Source: Promethearchaeota archaeon
GTDB lineage: Archaea > Asgardarchaeota > Thorarchaeia > Thorarchaeales > Thorarchaeaceae
NCBI GenBank assembly: GCA_014728035.1
Contig: WJMJ01000022.1
Location: forward strand, 32,001 to 96,000
Length of the DNA stretch: 64,000 nt
Reading direction: 5' to 3'
This document shows, piece by piece, positions 9,687 through 18,915 of this stretch; position 1 is the first letter of the stretch; the number at the start of each line of letters is the position of its first letter. The translations under genes and the position numbers were made by a program. The notes below the pieces were generated by a model. The model was not told the DNA's origin and ran no database searches. It was given only the letters and a program-made list of their open reading frames with translations.

Positions 9687-10036
9687 AATGGCTCTGGAGC
9701 GAAAGCGCAACTGACGGTATCTACAGAATGTAGAAGCTGAGGAAGATCCCGACTATGTGTCGACGCTAGTCCAGCGAGAGCTGGATGGTGAGAACCATGC
9801 TCTGGAAACAGAAACGACACGCCCAGATAGAATATGACAATGATACAGGTCTACCTGTTGAGGATTTATCTGGATACGATGAAACGGTCCATCACTACAT
9901 AGCAATTCCAAGAATAGGTTGATGATTTGTCGACATGAAACCTAGGGTAGGAAGCTTAGTTAGATGTTGCAAGGAATTCAATGGGTAACCTTGAATTCGG
10001 AACAAAATCGGGGCTACTCTTCGGACCAGAGCCATT
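9687..10036 (+). ncRNA. rnpB: RNase P RNA
   Basis: P1 helix AATGGCTCTGG (9687) / CCAGAGCCATT (10036); CR-I-like GAGGAAGATCCCGAC; CR-V-like AACAAAATCGGGGCTA; CAGAAACGACAC motif; no long ORF; TATA-like TTTATG about 25 nt upstream. Confidence 0.92.
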
Positions 10037-10055
10037 TTATAAAAAGAGCGTGTGC

Positions 10056-10160
10056 TCAGGTTGCTTCCAACGCGAGCACTTCGCTTGTAGTTAGGTCACC
10101 GCTCTTGCTAGAGTCTTGGTGAGTGGGAGTTGATAGAATATCTTCAACGCTAGGCTTCAT
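10056..10160 (-). CDS. Putative 34-aa acidic micropeptide (MKPSVEDILSTPTHQDSSKSGDLTTSEVLALEAT)
   Basis: ATG preceded by AGGAGGTAA, an SD overlapping the upstream stop; followed by a hairpin and U-tract. Confidence 0.5.
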   Translation of the reverse strand: MKPSVEDILSTPTHQDSSKSGDLTTSEVLALEAT

Positions 10161-10165
10161 CGATA

Positions 10166-10249
10166 TTACCTCCTGAAGTAGGCATCAGTGATAGCCTTGG
10201 TTGAGGGGGTCTTGGTTGCCTTGATGATCTTGGTCTTGGATACCGCCAT
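10166..10249 (-). CDS. Putative 27-aa basic micropeptide (MAVSKTKIIKATKTPSTKAITDAYFRR)
   Basis: SD GGAGGTAG overlapping the upstream stop; paralogous to 10256-10360 with synonymous and conservative changes. Confidence 0.7.
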   Translation of the reverse strand: MAVSKTKIIKATKTPSTKAITDAYFRR

Positions 10250-10255
10250 TGTGTT

Positions 10256-10360
10256 CTACCTCCGGTAGGTGTAAGCAAAGGTCAGAGCCTTGGTGGTCTG
10301 CTTCTTACGGGTGATGTTCTTTGTCTCTGAGTTGGGTCGGGAGTTAATCGCTAACGCCAT
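10256..10360 (-). CDS. Putative 34-aa basic micropeptide (MALAINSRPNSETKNITRKKQTTKALTFAYTYRR)
   Basis: TATA TTATATAC about 30 nt upstream; shares the TKA[LI]TxAY..RR-stop C-terminus with the next ORF. Confidence 0.7.
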   Translation of the reverse strand: MALAINSRPNSETKNITRKKQTTKALTFAYTYRR

Positions 10361-10428
10361 GATTGTTCACAAGATTACTACTCAGAATCAGTATATAATG
10401 GAAAGCCACGATTATAGGACACTGGAAG

Positions 10429-10447
10429 TAGTCACAATTTGTGACTA
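10429..10447. promoter_or_regulatory. Perfect inverted repeat, candidate operator between divergent promoters
   Basis: TAGTCACAA-T-TTGTGACTA between TATA-like boxes at about 10391-10398 (-) and about 10467 (+). Confidence 0.55.
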
Positions 10448-10511
10448 TGTCATCAGTTCTAAATAGCTTAAATTTGGTGAAGCATTACATACTTAGAAAC
10501 GGTGATACACT

Positions 10512-10859
10512 TTGACAAAAATTGCAGTTGTAATCAAATCCGAGCCATATTCTGATGAAAGCGTTTATACTGGATTGAAATTCGTCAAGAGCGCTTTGTC
10601 AGAAGGGCATAATGTTGAAGTCTTCTTAGTCCAAGGTGGAGTATTTTGTGCGTTAAGCAAACAAAATCCTAAAGATATGCCAAATCTCTATTCTCTCTTG
10701 GAACAGTTAATATCCGATGGTGCCCGTATTGTTTGTTGTGGTACTTGCGTGTCTTCACGCGGTATTGATACAACAATGATTCATCCGAATGTTGAGATTG
10801 GTTCTATGCAAATCTTTGTTGAAATGATTGCTTCATCTAATTCATCTATAACATTCTAA
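10512..10859 (+). CDS. DsrE/TusD-like sulfur-relay family protein
   Basis: PY..E..YTGLK; VFLVQGGV; CGTCVSSRG; IGSM..F; SD GGTGA. Confidence 0.85.
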   Translation: MTKIAVVIKSEPYSDESVYTGLKFVKSALSEGHNVEVFLVQGGVFCALSKQNPKDMPNLYSLLEQLISDGARIVCCGTCVSSRGIDTTMIHPNVEIGSMQIFVEMIASSNSSITF

Positions 10860-10882
10860 ACTCATTTTTCAGTCATGTGAAT

Positions 10883-11419
10883 TCATTCGCGTGACTGACT
10901 TTCCATTATTTCTGATTGAACTTGTACAACTTCTGTACTATTCTTACAGGATGCATAGGCATCCAATAATTCTCTGTTGAGCGTTATGAATGCTGAACCC
11001 CATTTGAATATCGACATAATCGTTTCTGCATCCTTCTGAAATCCTGCAATCCATAAAGCAGCAGCAATTGCTTCAGCTGTCGATAGTTTGATAGGTTTGT
11101 ACGTATTGATTGGATTTGCCGCTAATAGATAAGGTAAAGCACGCTGGGTACCATGTTTTGATGCTCGAAATACATCTTCTGCTTGTTTCCATGAACAATC
11201 CAGTGCGACTAGACCATGCTTTTCGACTTTTTCTCTGTCTTCATTGGAGAAAGCAGTTCTTGATACCGGATTAAGAACTACAGAAGCTCTAGGTACTCTA
11301 CGAAGATCTTTGATTATTTTTGCAAGATGCCATCTTCCAAGTCGTATTCCTGTACATTTTTTTGGATCACATTGTGATGCGTGATATACAAATATCTTCG
11401 ATTCGACCTGTTTTCTCAT
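10883..11419 (-). CDS. tsr3: 16S rRNA aminocarboxypropyltransferase Tsr3 (DUF367)
   Basis: QCDPKKCTG; LDCSW; RALPYLLAANP; KLSTAEA. Confidence 0.95.
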   Translation of the reverse strand: MRKQVESKIFVYHASQCDPKKCTGIRLGRWHLAKIIKDLRRVPRASVVLNPVSRTAFSNEDREKVEKHGLVALDCSWKQAEDVFRASKHGTQRALPYLLAANPINTYKPIKLSTAEAIAAALWIAGFQKDAETIMSIFKWGSAFITLNRELLDAYASCKNSTEVVQVQSEIMESQSRE

Positions 11420-11482
11420 TCTATTTCACTAATAGTCAATTCGTAACAGATTTCAGGCTTCCCCTCCAGCATTTTACAAGAC

Positions 11483-11755
11483 ATGACAACTAATTCCATT
11501 TCTGGTATTGATTGCGAGATTTGCACATCATCTAGTGCAAACCAGAGATGTAGATTATGTGGAGCTTTTGTATGTACCTCTTGTTTTTCAAAAGGCAATC
11601 TCTGCATCAGCTGTTATGAAACACAATGTGCAGTTTGTCATGAATATCTGTCATCTCGGGCTTGTAATTTGTGTGGGCAACTTGTCTGTGAAGACCACGG
11701 CAAGAAAATCAACGAACGCACAATCTGTAAAAATTGTCTGGGGGCTTCTTCATGA
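11483..11755 (+). CDS. Cys-rich zinc-finger protein (two AN1/B-box-like repeats)
   Basis: Two copies of CxxC..CxxCGxxVCxx[CH]..CxxC; overlaps the tiaS start. Confidence 0.7.
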   Translation: MTTNSISGIDCEICTSSSANQRCRLCGAFVCTSCFSKGNLCISCYETQCAVCHEYLSSRACNLCGQLVCEDHGKKINERTICKNCLGASS

Positions 11756-13101
11756 AGACCCAGGTACTACATATTGGTTTTGATGATATTGACAATCCAG
11801 AAGGGGGATGCACCACTCATTTTGCAAGTATTATGATTGATAAAATGAATGAACTGGGTGTGGAGTGGATGGATTTTCCTAATCTCATTCGTCTTAATCC
11901 TAATATCCCCTTTAGAACAAGAGGAAATGGTGCTATAGCTTTCAGAATAATGACTGATTCGGAACCGAAAGAACTACTGAAGATGTTTATGAAAGAAGCT
12001 CTTTCCTATGCTAGAACTGATTATCAAAATACTAATCCTGGTATTGCTATTGTACCAGACCCAATTCCCGGATTGCTGCATCAAATAGCTCGGGATGCTC
12101 TTTGGCGTTTTGTTCCTACTACTTACATAAATCGTATTCTACATGGTTATGATTGGCAAATTATGAAAGTAGGATCTGGAAGGGGTTTAATTGGGGCACT
12201 AGCAGCAATTGGTAATACTTTGCTTGGAGACCACACATACGAACTTGTTACTTACCGATCATTGGATGATGCCAAGGAATCGCGAGATGTAAATACAGAA
12301 TCCGTTATTGCGATGGATGAAAAATTTTCGAAACTCACCTTCGCAAATATTGATTATGATACTGGTCAGATACTTATTGAACCCCACGGACCTGATCCCG
12401 TTCTTTTTGGTTTAAGAGGTGAAAATCCAGATGTCCTAAAGGAGGCATCTAACTATATTGTTGCAAAACAATCTGTTCGAAGGTGGACAATATTCCGAAC
12501 AAATCAGGGTACTGGAGTTCATCTTCAGAATCAATTGTTGATTAAAGATCTACGTCCCTATCAAGCTGCTACTGTAAAATGTACGGTTCGTGAAAGCCCA
12601 AAGATTATTGAAGGTGGACATCTCATCTTTTCGGTATTTGATGATACTGGATCTATTGAATGTGCTGTATATGAGCCAACTGGTGGATTCAGAGATATAA
12701 TTAAGAAATTAATTCCCAATGATATCGTTCTGTTACACGCCGGAGTAAGGCCAGCTTCAAGAACACATGATAGAACCCTGAATATCGAAGGAATTGAGAT
12801 TGTAAAGTTGGCTACTAAACGTTCGTATTCAAACCCATTATGTCCAAAGTGTGGTAAACGTTTGAAAAGTGCAGGTAGAAACAAGGGATACAAATGTACA
12901 AAATGTGGTTTCAAAAGTTCAGAATTGGAGAAAATTCAAACCCTTGAAGAGAGAACACTCGCTCCTAAATTATACCTTCCGCCCCCTCGTGCTCAACGCC
13001 ATCTAACACGTCCATACTCCAGAATTAACCATGATAATAGTGATAGAGAGATACCGTTGGCTTCAGAATGGCACTCTAATCAATTAAAAGAAGAAAAGTG
13101 A
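11752..13101 (+). CDS. tiaS: tRNA(Ile2) agmatinylcytidine synthetase
   Basis: IGFDD.D..GGCTT; RLNPNIPFRTRGNGA; PHGPDPVLFGLRG; TNQGT; OB fold; CPKC..CTKC; RHLTRP. Confidence 0.96.
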   Translation: MKTQVLHIGFDDIDNPEGGCTTHFASIMIDKMNELGVEWMDFPNLIRLNPNIPFRTRGNGAIAFRIMTDSEPKELLKMFMKEALSYARTDYQNTNPGIAIVPDPIPGLLHQIARDALWRFVPTTYINRILHGYDWQIMKVGSGRGLIGALAAIGNTLLGDHTYELVTYRSLDDAKESRDVNTESVIAMDEKFSKLTFANIDYDTGQILIEPHGPDPVLFGLRGENPDVLKEASNYIVAKQSVRRWTIFRTNQGTGVHLQNQLLIKDLRPYQAATVKCTVRESPKIIEGGHLIFSVFDDTGSIECAVYEPTGGFRDIIKKLIPNDIVLLHAGVRPASRTHDRTLNIEGIEIVKLATKRSYSNPLCPKCGKRLKSAGRNKGYKCTKCGFKSSELEKIQTLEERTLAPKLYLPPPRAQRHLTRPYSRINHDNSDREIPLASEWHSNQLKEEK

Positions 13102-13118
13102 GTAGATTCGATTTCGAA

Positions 13119-13520
13119 TCATACTCTTCTGCCACGGCGACCGCCTGGCTTTCTTGTACCATCATGTGGGATTGGAGTTACTTCGTCTATGATTCCAATT
13201 CTCAGCCCAGCTCTACTCAATGCTCGGATTGCTGCTTGAGCTCCGGGACCTGGTGTTTTGGGGCCATGTCCTCCTGGGGCTCGGACTCTGATGTGTATGC
13301 CGTAAATTCCTTTATCCTTCGCTTCACGGGCTGCTTGAAAAGCTGCCTGCATTGCAGCATGTGGTGATGATTCATTTCGGTCGGCTTTGACCATCATACC
13401 ACCACTGTATCGTGCTATTGTTTCCGCTCCAGTGATGTCTGTTATGTGAATGATACTATCATTATATGATGCATAAATATGAGCAATTGCCCACTTATCA
13501 CGTTCAGTCTTTTTACTCAT
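13119..13520 (-). CDS. rps11: 30S ribosomal protein uS11
   Basis: AHIYASYND; [18 protein letters not shown]. Confidence 0.98.
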   Translation of the reverse strand: MSKKTERDKWAIAHIYASYNDSIIHITDITGAETIARYSGGMMVKADRNESSPHAAMQAAFQAAREAKDKGIYGIHIRVRAPGGHGPKTPGPGAQAAIRALSRAGLRIGIIDEVTPIPHDGTRKPGGRRGRRV

Positions 13521-13526
13521 CTACAA

Positions 13527-14096
13527 TCAATCCTCTTCATCATCTATTTCTTCGCTATCTCCAGCCATTTGTGCTGCACTGGATGCTGCTATACGTGCTG
13601 GATGGGTGTCATCATTGAGCGGTGAACTAGCAGAATATGTGAGTCTTTCTTCTTCTGAAATGGTTATAATTCTGCTTGGCGTAGTTATTCTGGCACCATC
13701 AATTGCAACATGTCCATGAGTAACAAGCTGTCTTGCATGATGTGGGGAACATGCAAGGCCTTTTCTTAGAACAAGAGTCTGTAAGCGTCTCTCTAATACA
13801 TCTTCTAATGTGAGATCGAGCACACTGTCCAAAGTTGGTTCTCCAGTTAGGATTCCTTCTCGAGTGAGTTTAGTTATGAGTTCTCGTTCAAGTTGAGCTC
13901 TTTCCGATGAAGGTAGTGCAAGTAGGTTTCTTGCTTGTCTTCTAACACGAGAGAGTTCAGTTTTATGTCTCCATAACTCTCGTTTATTTCTCATACCGTA
14001 GCCACCTACTAGCTCAAGCTCCTGTTCGAATCGCTCGCTGTCAAAGGGCTTCTTTGGAGCAACATATCGTTTTTTCTGTCGGCGTGGATCTCCCAT
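13527..14096 (-). CDS. rps4: 30S ribosomal protein uS4
   Basis: MGDPRRQKK; LERRLQT; ARQLVTHGH. Confidence 0.98.
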   Translation of the reverse strand: MGDPRRQKKRYVAPKKPFDSERFEQELELVGGYGMRNKRELWRHKTELSRVRRQARNLLALPSSERAQLERELITKLTREGILTGEPTLDSVLDLTLEDVLERRLQTLVLRKGLACSPHHARQLVTHGHVAIDGARITTPSRIITISEEERLTYSASSPLNDDTHPARIAASSAAQMAGDSEEIDDEED

Positions 14097-14575
14097 TAGT
14101 CAGTCCCCTTATCAGCTTGTTTTGCAAGTTTCTTTCTTGATACTCCGACAGCAACGCCGCCACGTCCAGTAGTTCTAGTGTGTTGACCACGGACTTTGAG
14201 ACCGAGTGAGTGTCTAACTCCTCGCCAAGAGCGTATTCTTTTGAGTCGGTCGATATCCGAGCGGTGTACAAATTCAAGATCCGCACCGATTAAATGGATC
14301 ATTTTGCCAGTCCGTCTATCTCGCGGGCGATTGACATACCATTCAGGCATTCCTGCTTCAACAGGATTTTTGAGAATTGTTTCAATCTCTGAGATATTCT
14401 CTTCACTAAGGAATCCCAATCTCATTTTTGGGTCTAAATTCAATTTTCTAACTAGTGCTTTTGACAATCGAAGGCCTACTCCTCGAACACTTGTAAGCCC
14501 TTGGAGTAAGTTGATTTGGCCATCAATGTCATGACCTGCTAACCGTACAATGTGTTTGTATTCTTGCTCGGACAT
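14096..14575 (-). CDS. rps13: 30S ribosomal protein uS13
   Basis: SWRGVRHSLGLKVRGQHTRTTGR. Confidence 0.98.
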   Translation of the reverse strand: MSEQEYKHIVRLAGHDIDGQINLLQGLTSVRGVGLRLSKALVRKLNLDPKMRLGFLSEENISEIETILKNPVEAGMPEWYVNRPRDRRTGKMIHLIGADLEFVHRSDIDRLKRIRSWRGVRHSLGLKVRGQHTRTTGRGGVAVGVSRKKLAKQADKGTD

Positions 14576-14680
14576 GGTTGATTACCTCATTTTGACTGGC
14601 TTGAGGCTAGTTCGCTTCTTTTTGGTAGACTTATAACACTTACCATCAGACAATGAACTTTTCTAGGTGCCTTTAAGGAA

Positions 14681-15121
14681 TTGTCAATACTTATTCATAG
14701 GTCTATCGAAATGCCACGCCATAAAAACCACAATCAGAGAGAGTGTATTATATTTGAGGGGCCACTACTCAAGAGTATCCAAAATTACCTTCTTAATAAG
14801 CTAAGGTTAGTAGTGCAAAAGTCCTCTGAGATATATCCCTCTGCGATTATTGCAAGCAATAACCTTGCAGATCAGTTCATATTGGAAAACTGGGGGATTA
14901 GAAAATCTCAACGTCAGAACTATCGAAATCTCTTTACCCGCGTGAGAACAGAATGTCGATCTATCTTTGCAAGATATTTGAATGATGGACGTATTGACAT
15001 TAACGTTTCATCTCACAAGTACTCATTTAGAGTGTACAAGTTTAGTGAAAATCGGGGGAATCTGATCCTTAACTTTGTCCGTTTTAGGAGAAACTCAGAA
15101 TGGGCACCATCTGCGTCCTAA
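14681..15121 (+). CDS. Hypothetical protein (basic; start may be 14711)
   Basis: 146-aa ORF filling the intergenic space; no motif recognised. Confidence 0.55.
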   Translation: MSILIHRSIEMPRHKNHNQRECIIFEGPLLKSIQNYLLNKLRLVVQKSSEIYPSAIIASNNLADQFILENWGIRKSQRQNYRNLFTRVRTECRSIFARYLNDGRIDINVSSHKYSFRVYKFSENRGNLILNFVRFRRNSEWAPSAS

Positions 15122-15142
15122 CTATACAGATTCTATTCTGTA

Positions 15143-15553
15143 CTAGGGGTTGTCCCCAAACTCTGAAGTCAGCCTTCTAAGTAAGGGAGAAGGAACGTAT
15201 TTCATCACCAGCTTGGTTCCTTTCTTAGTTAGACTTCCTTCTACATATGTGTCATCTGATGAAATTACATGTACTAGGTCTCGTTTCTTCAGCTCTTTCA
15301 AGCTTTTGAGAACTAGTTGTGTTAATTCATCATCAGTTAGACGTATTTCCCCCATTGGGTTTTGAATCGTCTTAGATCTGCGAAGTATGTATTTCAGGGA
15401 ATTGAGCTGACGTCTATTGTTATCATATGGACTTGAGAACATCCAAAGTAGAATAATCAGGTCTTGTATCTCCAGTCCTATCTTTGGGTATCTCAAAAGA
15501 GTCCTTTTCGCAACAAGTTCAACCATTGGCATTTTGATACAATTCCTTTTCAT
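15143..15553 (-). CDS. Hypothetical protein, possible winged-helix C-terminus
   Basis: LKELKKRDLV..LTKKG pattern typical of a wHTH wing. Confidence 0.6.
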   Translation of the reverse strand: MKRNCIKMPMVELVAKRTLLRYPKIGLEIQDLIILLWMFSSPYDNNRRQLNSLKYILRRSKTIQNPMGEIRLTDDELTQLVLKSLKELKKRDLVHVISSDDTYVEGSLTKKGTKLVMKYVPSPLLRRLTSEFGDNP

Positions 15554-15580
15554 ATTTTGATTATTATCCTACATTTGTGC

Positions 15581-16288
15581 CTATATTAGTTGGACAATTC
15601 CAGGCTTTGGTTCAAATATCTCACCTGTCCGCATCAGCTTATCAAGAGACTCTTCCACGGAACTTTCCGAAATTTTTGCTTGTTGAAAATGATAAATCAA
15701 CTCAACAACTTCGAGAGGTCCTCCTTTCTGATGAAGTAATTCGATAATGTCCTTTGAAACATCTGTTTTACGACTTTCGTCTCTATCCTCTTCATTTTCT
15801 ACTTTTACTAATTTTATCTTCCACGGTCTTGGGAATATTAGAACTCCTGCATTTGCTAACTTGTTTAGTTGACTCTCAACCCATTTCCAATCTAGTTGAT
15901 ATTCCGGACAGACTTCTTCAATATGATCTAATGAGCATCCTTCTTTTCCCGCTTCATTTTCTAACAATGTCATTAATCGTGCATTTTTTCCAGTAGGTAG
16001 ACTCTGCTCTTCATCAGCGATGTCAGACACTTCGATTCTTTCTTCAGGAACTAACTTCAAAACTTTCTTTCTTGACCTCTCTACTGCTTTATGAAATTCT
16101 TCGTCACCTTGTGCGTTATATTCTCTTACCGCTGCTGATGCTTGTTGATGTGTGTCGTACAAAGCCTTTCTGGCTTTTTTAATGGATATGAAATGGCCAC
16201 AATAAGAACATCTTCTTCGCTTCTGGCCAACAGGTGCTAGAGTGAACCGATGGCATTTGGAACACATGAATACATAGAATCGTTTCAA
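15581..16288 (-). CDS. Zn-ribbon (DUF1922-like) protein with two C-terminal winged-helix domains
   Basis: CSKC..CSYCG; KLANAGVLIFPRP and KLMRTGEIFEPKPG (MCM/RPA-type wHTH ends). Confidence 0.7.
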   Translation of the reverse strand: MKRFYVFMCSKCHRFTLAPVGQKRRRCSYCGHFISIKKARKALYDTHQQASAAVREYNAQGDEEFHKAVERSRKKVLKLVPEERIEVSDIADEEQSLPTGKNARLMTLLENEAGKEGCSLDHIEEVCPEYQLDWKWVESQLNKLANAGVLIFPRPWKIKLVKVENEEDRDESRKTDVSKDIIELLHQKGGPLEVVELIYHFQQAKISESSVEESLDKLMRTGEIFEPKPGIVQLI

Positions 16289-16408
16289 GATGATTTACTC
16301 CGGTTTTAATTCTCTATCTTTCTGTACGTATATAATGCTCACTCTCGAAATCCATATGTTAACAGTTATATCTCTACTACTGATTCGCAATTCTTGGAGA
16401 AGTAAACC

Positions 16409-16630
16409 ATGGCAAAAAAAGCTAAAGCTATTCTGATTGATGATAAGCTCTGTAAGGGCTGTCATATCTGTATTGCTGTTTGTCCTCATGGTGTTCTTGA
16501 GAAATCTAAAGAAGTGGATAACCGTGGGTTTTTTCTTCCTGATGTGGTAGATCTCGAAACCTGTAAAGTCTGCAAATTATGTGAGATGGAATGTCCTGAC
16601 TTTGCAATTACTGTTGTTGTAGATGAATAA
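16409..16630 (+). CDS. 2x[4Fe-4S] ferredoxin
   Basis: CKGCHICIAVCP and CKVCKLCEMECP. Confidence 0.93.
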   Translation: MAKKAKAILIDDKLCKGCHICIAVCPHGVLEKSKEVDNRGFFLPDVVDLETCKVCKLCEMECPDFAITVVVDE

Positions 16631-16719
16631 ATAGACCAAAATCGTATTTTACATAGTATAATTCATAATACATACTGTAATTAATTGGAAGTGAGTACTA
16701 TTTATGACTCGAAAGTGGA

Positions 16720-17289
16720 GTGTCTACATTGGAGAATCCCAATATCAAAATCCTTTTAGAACTGAGAAGCGACTTGGAAGAACAGATAGAGAAACATCGT
16801 AAGGAGATTGAAACCCTACAGTCGTACATACGAGCTTTAGACTCGATGATAGACGTAGGTAGTTTCTCTACTGCTGATGCGGTCATGGCCGAAGCTCAGG
16901 ATACAATCGAGGATGAAACACCTGATGAAGAACCTGAACTGAAGACTATTGTTGTTATGAATAAGGCTCGCGATTTAGAACTAGCAACAATTGAAATCCT
17001 TGATCAAGAGCTAAGGATTATTCCTTCAGAAACTGCACTATATGATATCAAGTTAGGTGCTTTTGCAAAATTTTTCTTGGATAAGATTCTTGGGCAATTT
17101 CAAAGAGAGGACCGACAAAGAGTTGAACAAGATGAACTTGATTGGGAGGATGCTTTCGAATTCAATGTTATTGCGGAAGATGGCATTTTAGATGAAATTC
17201 TCATTCACAATTATGGTTCTGAAGCTCGATTAAATGAGATTGAACGTACATTGAGATGGTCTTTGGAAAAAATCTATCGTGAACGATAA
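16720..17289 (+). CDS. Conserved archaeal hypothetical protein with N-terminal coiled coil
   Basis: Heptad-repeat N-terminus; C-terminal LRWSLEKIY. Confidence 0.7.
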   Translation: MSTLENPNIKILLELRSDLEEQIEKHRKEIETLQSYIRALDSMIDVGSFSTADAVMAEAQDTIEDETPDEEPELKTIVVMNKARDLELATIEILDQELRIIPSETALYDIKLGAFAKFFLDKILGQFQREDRQRVEQDELDWEDAFEFNVIAEDGILDEILIHNYGSEARLNEIERTLRWSLEKIYRER

Positions 17290-17370
17290 GATTAGAAAAG
17301 GGCGCGCAATGGAAATAGAGGCAAGTTATTTATATCCTGAAAAAAATGTGCTTATATATACGCTGAAGTC

Positions 17371-18006
17371 TTGAGGCAGAGGAGCGTAGCAGAAGTGGCT
17401 CATATAGAAAAAGTAAGTATGGTTGTCAGTCCACATGTAGTGGTTAACACTGTACGTGATGCGCATGAATACTACCAAGGTCACAGAATAGATGAACGGT
17501 ACGAGGCTATGGCTTTAGACCTGATTCGTCGATACGTTTCTCAAGAGGGACTTCCTCGTGACGAAGAACCATTCTTTGGCGCAACTTTGTATATGGTCAC
17601 ACGACATCCCTGGAGCCATCCAAACCCTCTTACCAAGACTGAATTTGCAGCAAAATTGAGAATGAAAGAATCCAGTCTTGATTGGTACACTGCTAGTATT
17701 GTAGAAAAACTAGGGTTCGTTGTAATGCATGATAAGAGCCATTTACCCTTCTTTCTAGATCCTGATGGCACAATTATGAGTGTTGTCAACTCAGTTGTCA
17801 AATCAAGTGTTGGAGAGGAGGTCGTTCACAGTATCGTGCGTGGAAGCGTTGTTGCTCCAAATGCGCTTGCTGATAGAATAGTCGATAGATTATGCAGCGT
17901 AGTAAAAATAATTCCTCCTGCTTTTCAGCAAGAGCTTTATTCTGTAGTAGAAAGAAAAATTGAGGAAGTTAGTAGTCAGCTTCTAAATGAGTTGAATCGT
18001 GAATAA
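17371..18006 (+). CDS. Hypothetical protein with one cyclin/TFB-like repeat
   Basis: GATLYMVTR..LTKTEFAAKLRMKESSL aligns by eye with the TFB repeat AAAIY..RTQREIAEVARVTEVTV. Confidence 0.6.
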   Translation: MRQRSVAEVAHIEKVSMVVSPHVVVNTVRDAHEYYQGHRIDERYEAMALDLIRRYVSQEGLPRDEEPFFGATLYMVTRHPWSHPNPLTKTEFAAKLRMKESSLDWYTASIVEKLGFVVMHDKSHLPFFLDPDGTIMSVVNSVVKSSVGEEVVHSIVRGSVVAPNALADRIVDRLCSVVKIIPPAFQQELYSVVERKIEEVSSQLLNELNRE

Positions 18007-18011
18007 TTCAG

Positions 18012-18302
18012 CTAACTATTCTCTGGTTGCAGAGCAACTTCCTCTACAAATCTCTTTCCAGCAACAACTTGGTCGATTGAATGAATCACAGCTCCAGCTT
18101 CCTCAAGAATCTCTTTTATTGATTCGTACTGAAGATCATCACCTTCTAATGTTATGGCAATGCTTTCTGTGTTCTGGTCTACTTCTTTGAGGGATATATT
18201 GAGACCATTCACTCTATCATCTCTAGCAAGCATCAACGCAAGGTCAGTCAACCTTGGTGTGTGCGGTTTCAAAACATCTAAGACTATTCTTCTGATGCCA
18301 TG
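18012..18302 (-). CDS. DUF211 family protein
   Basis: IRRIVLDVLKPH; GAVIHSIDQVVAG; start ATG 18302 or TTG 18308. Confidence 0.88.
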   Translation of the reverse strand, partial: HGIRRIVLDVLKPHTPRLTDLALMLARDDRVNGLNISLKEVDQNTESIAITLEGDDLQYESIKEILEEAGAVIHSIDQVVAGKRFVEEVALQPENS

Positions 18303-18523
18303 GGGCAATATAATCGCTTACTCCACAAATAACCTCAAGGGTCATTTTTGTCTTTGAATTCAATTAACAATATCTTGTTAAAGCTTACGTAGGTGGTAAT
18401 TTTTCACTCCAGATTAGGTTGTATTGACAATGATTTGTTAAAACTGGTGCAATTGTTTTCCTCAATGCTTATAATCGATTTCAGCTTCCAAAAGCTGTAG
18501 CTCTGTCTAAGAGCAACGCCGGG

Positions 18524-18856
18524 ATGCAAAGGACTGATTTGACCTTGAAACAGGATCGTCTTACAGATTATTCAGCTGAGAAAATACAAGAAATGACAAC
18601 CGCAGAATACACTCCTATTTCTGTTCCATCTTCTCGTTTTCTTGATATTGATAAAGATTACAAATCACATCCATTATGGCCCATTTTAGTGGAGAGTGTA
18701 AGAAGAAGCCCATTATATGCAGGCCTTGTGGGATATTTCCGGTCTAAGATTAAACCTTCTTCTCCCGATATTAATCCTCGAGAATTGGCCAGCATGCTTT
18801 CCATAACTATTGGTGAAGCTCTTGTAATTCTCCATGAGTGTAATGGTCAGGAATAG
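18524..18856 (+). CDS. Hypothetical protein with C-terminal HTH-like segment
   Basis: INPRELASMLSITIGEALVIL. Confidence 0.6.
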   Translation: MQRTDLTLKQDRLTDYSAEKIQEMTTAEYTPISVPSSRFLDIDKDYKSHPLWPILVESVRRSPLYAGLVGYFRSKIKPSSPDINPRELASMLSITIGEALVILHECNGQE

Positions 18857-18915
18857 AAAGCCACTTCCATTAGCTTTAATGGAATTGAGATACTTTACCT
18901 TCTTAGGTCTGCAGA

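Noticed and set aside
10041-10105. Hairpin around the UGA of micropeptide 3 as a SECIS/Sec read-through signal
   Set aside because: No clear AUGA/GA or GAA/A core; read-through would run through the U-tract into antisense rnpB; better explained as a terminator
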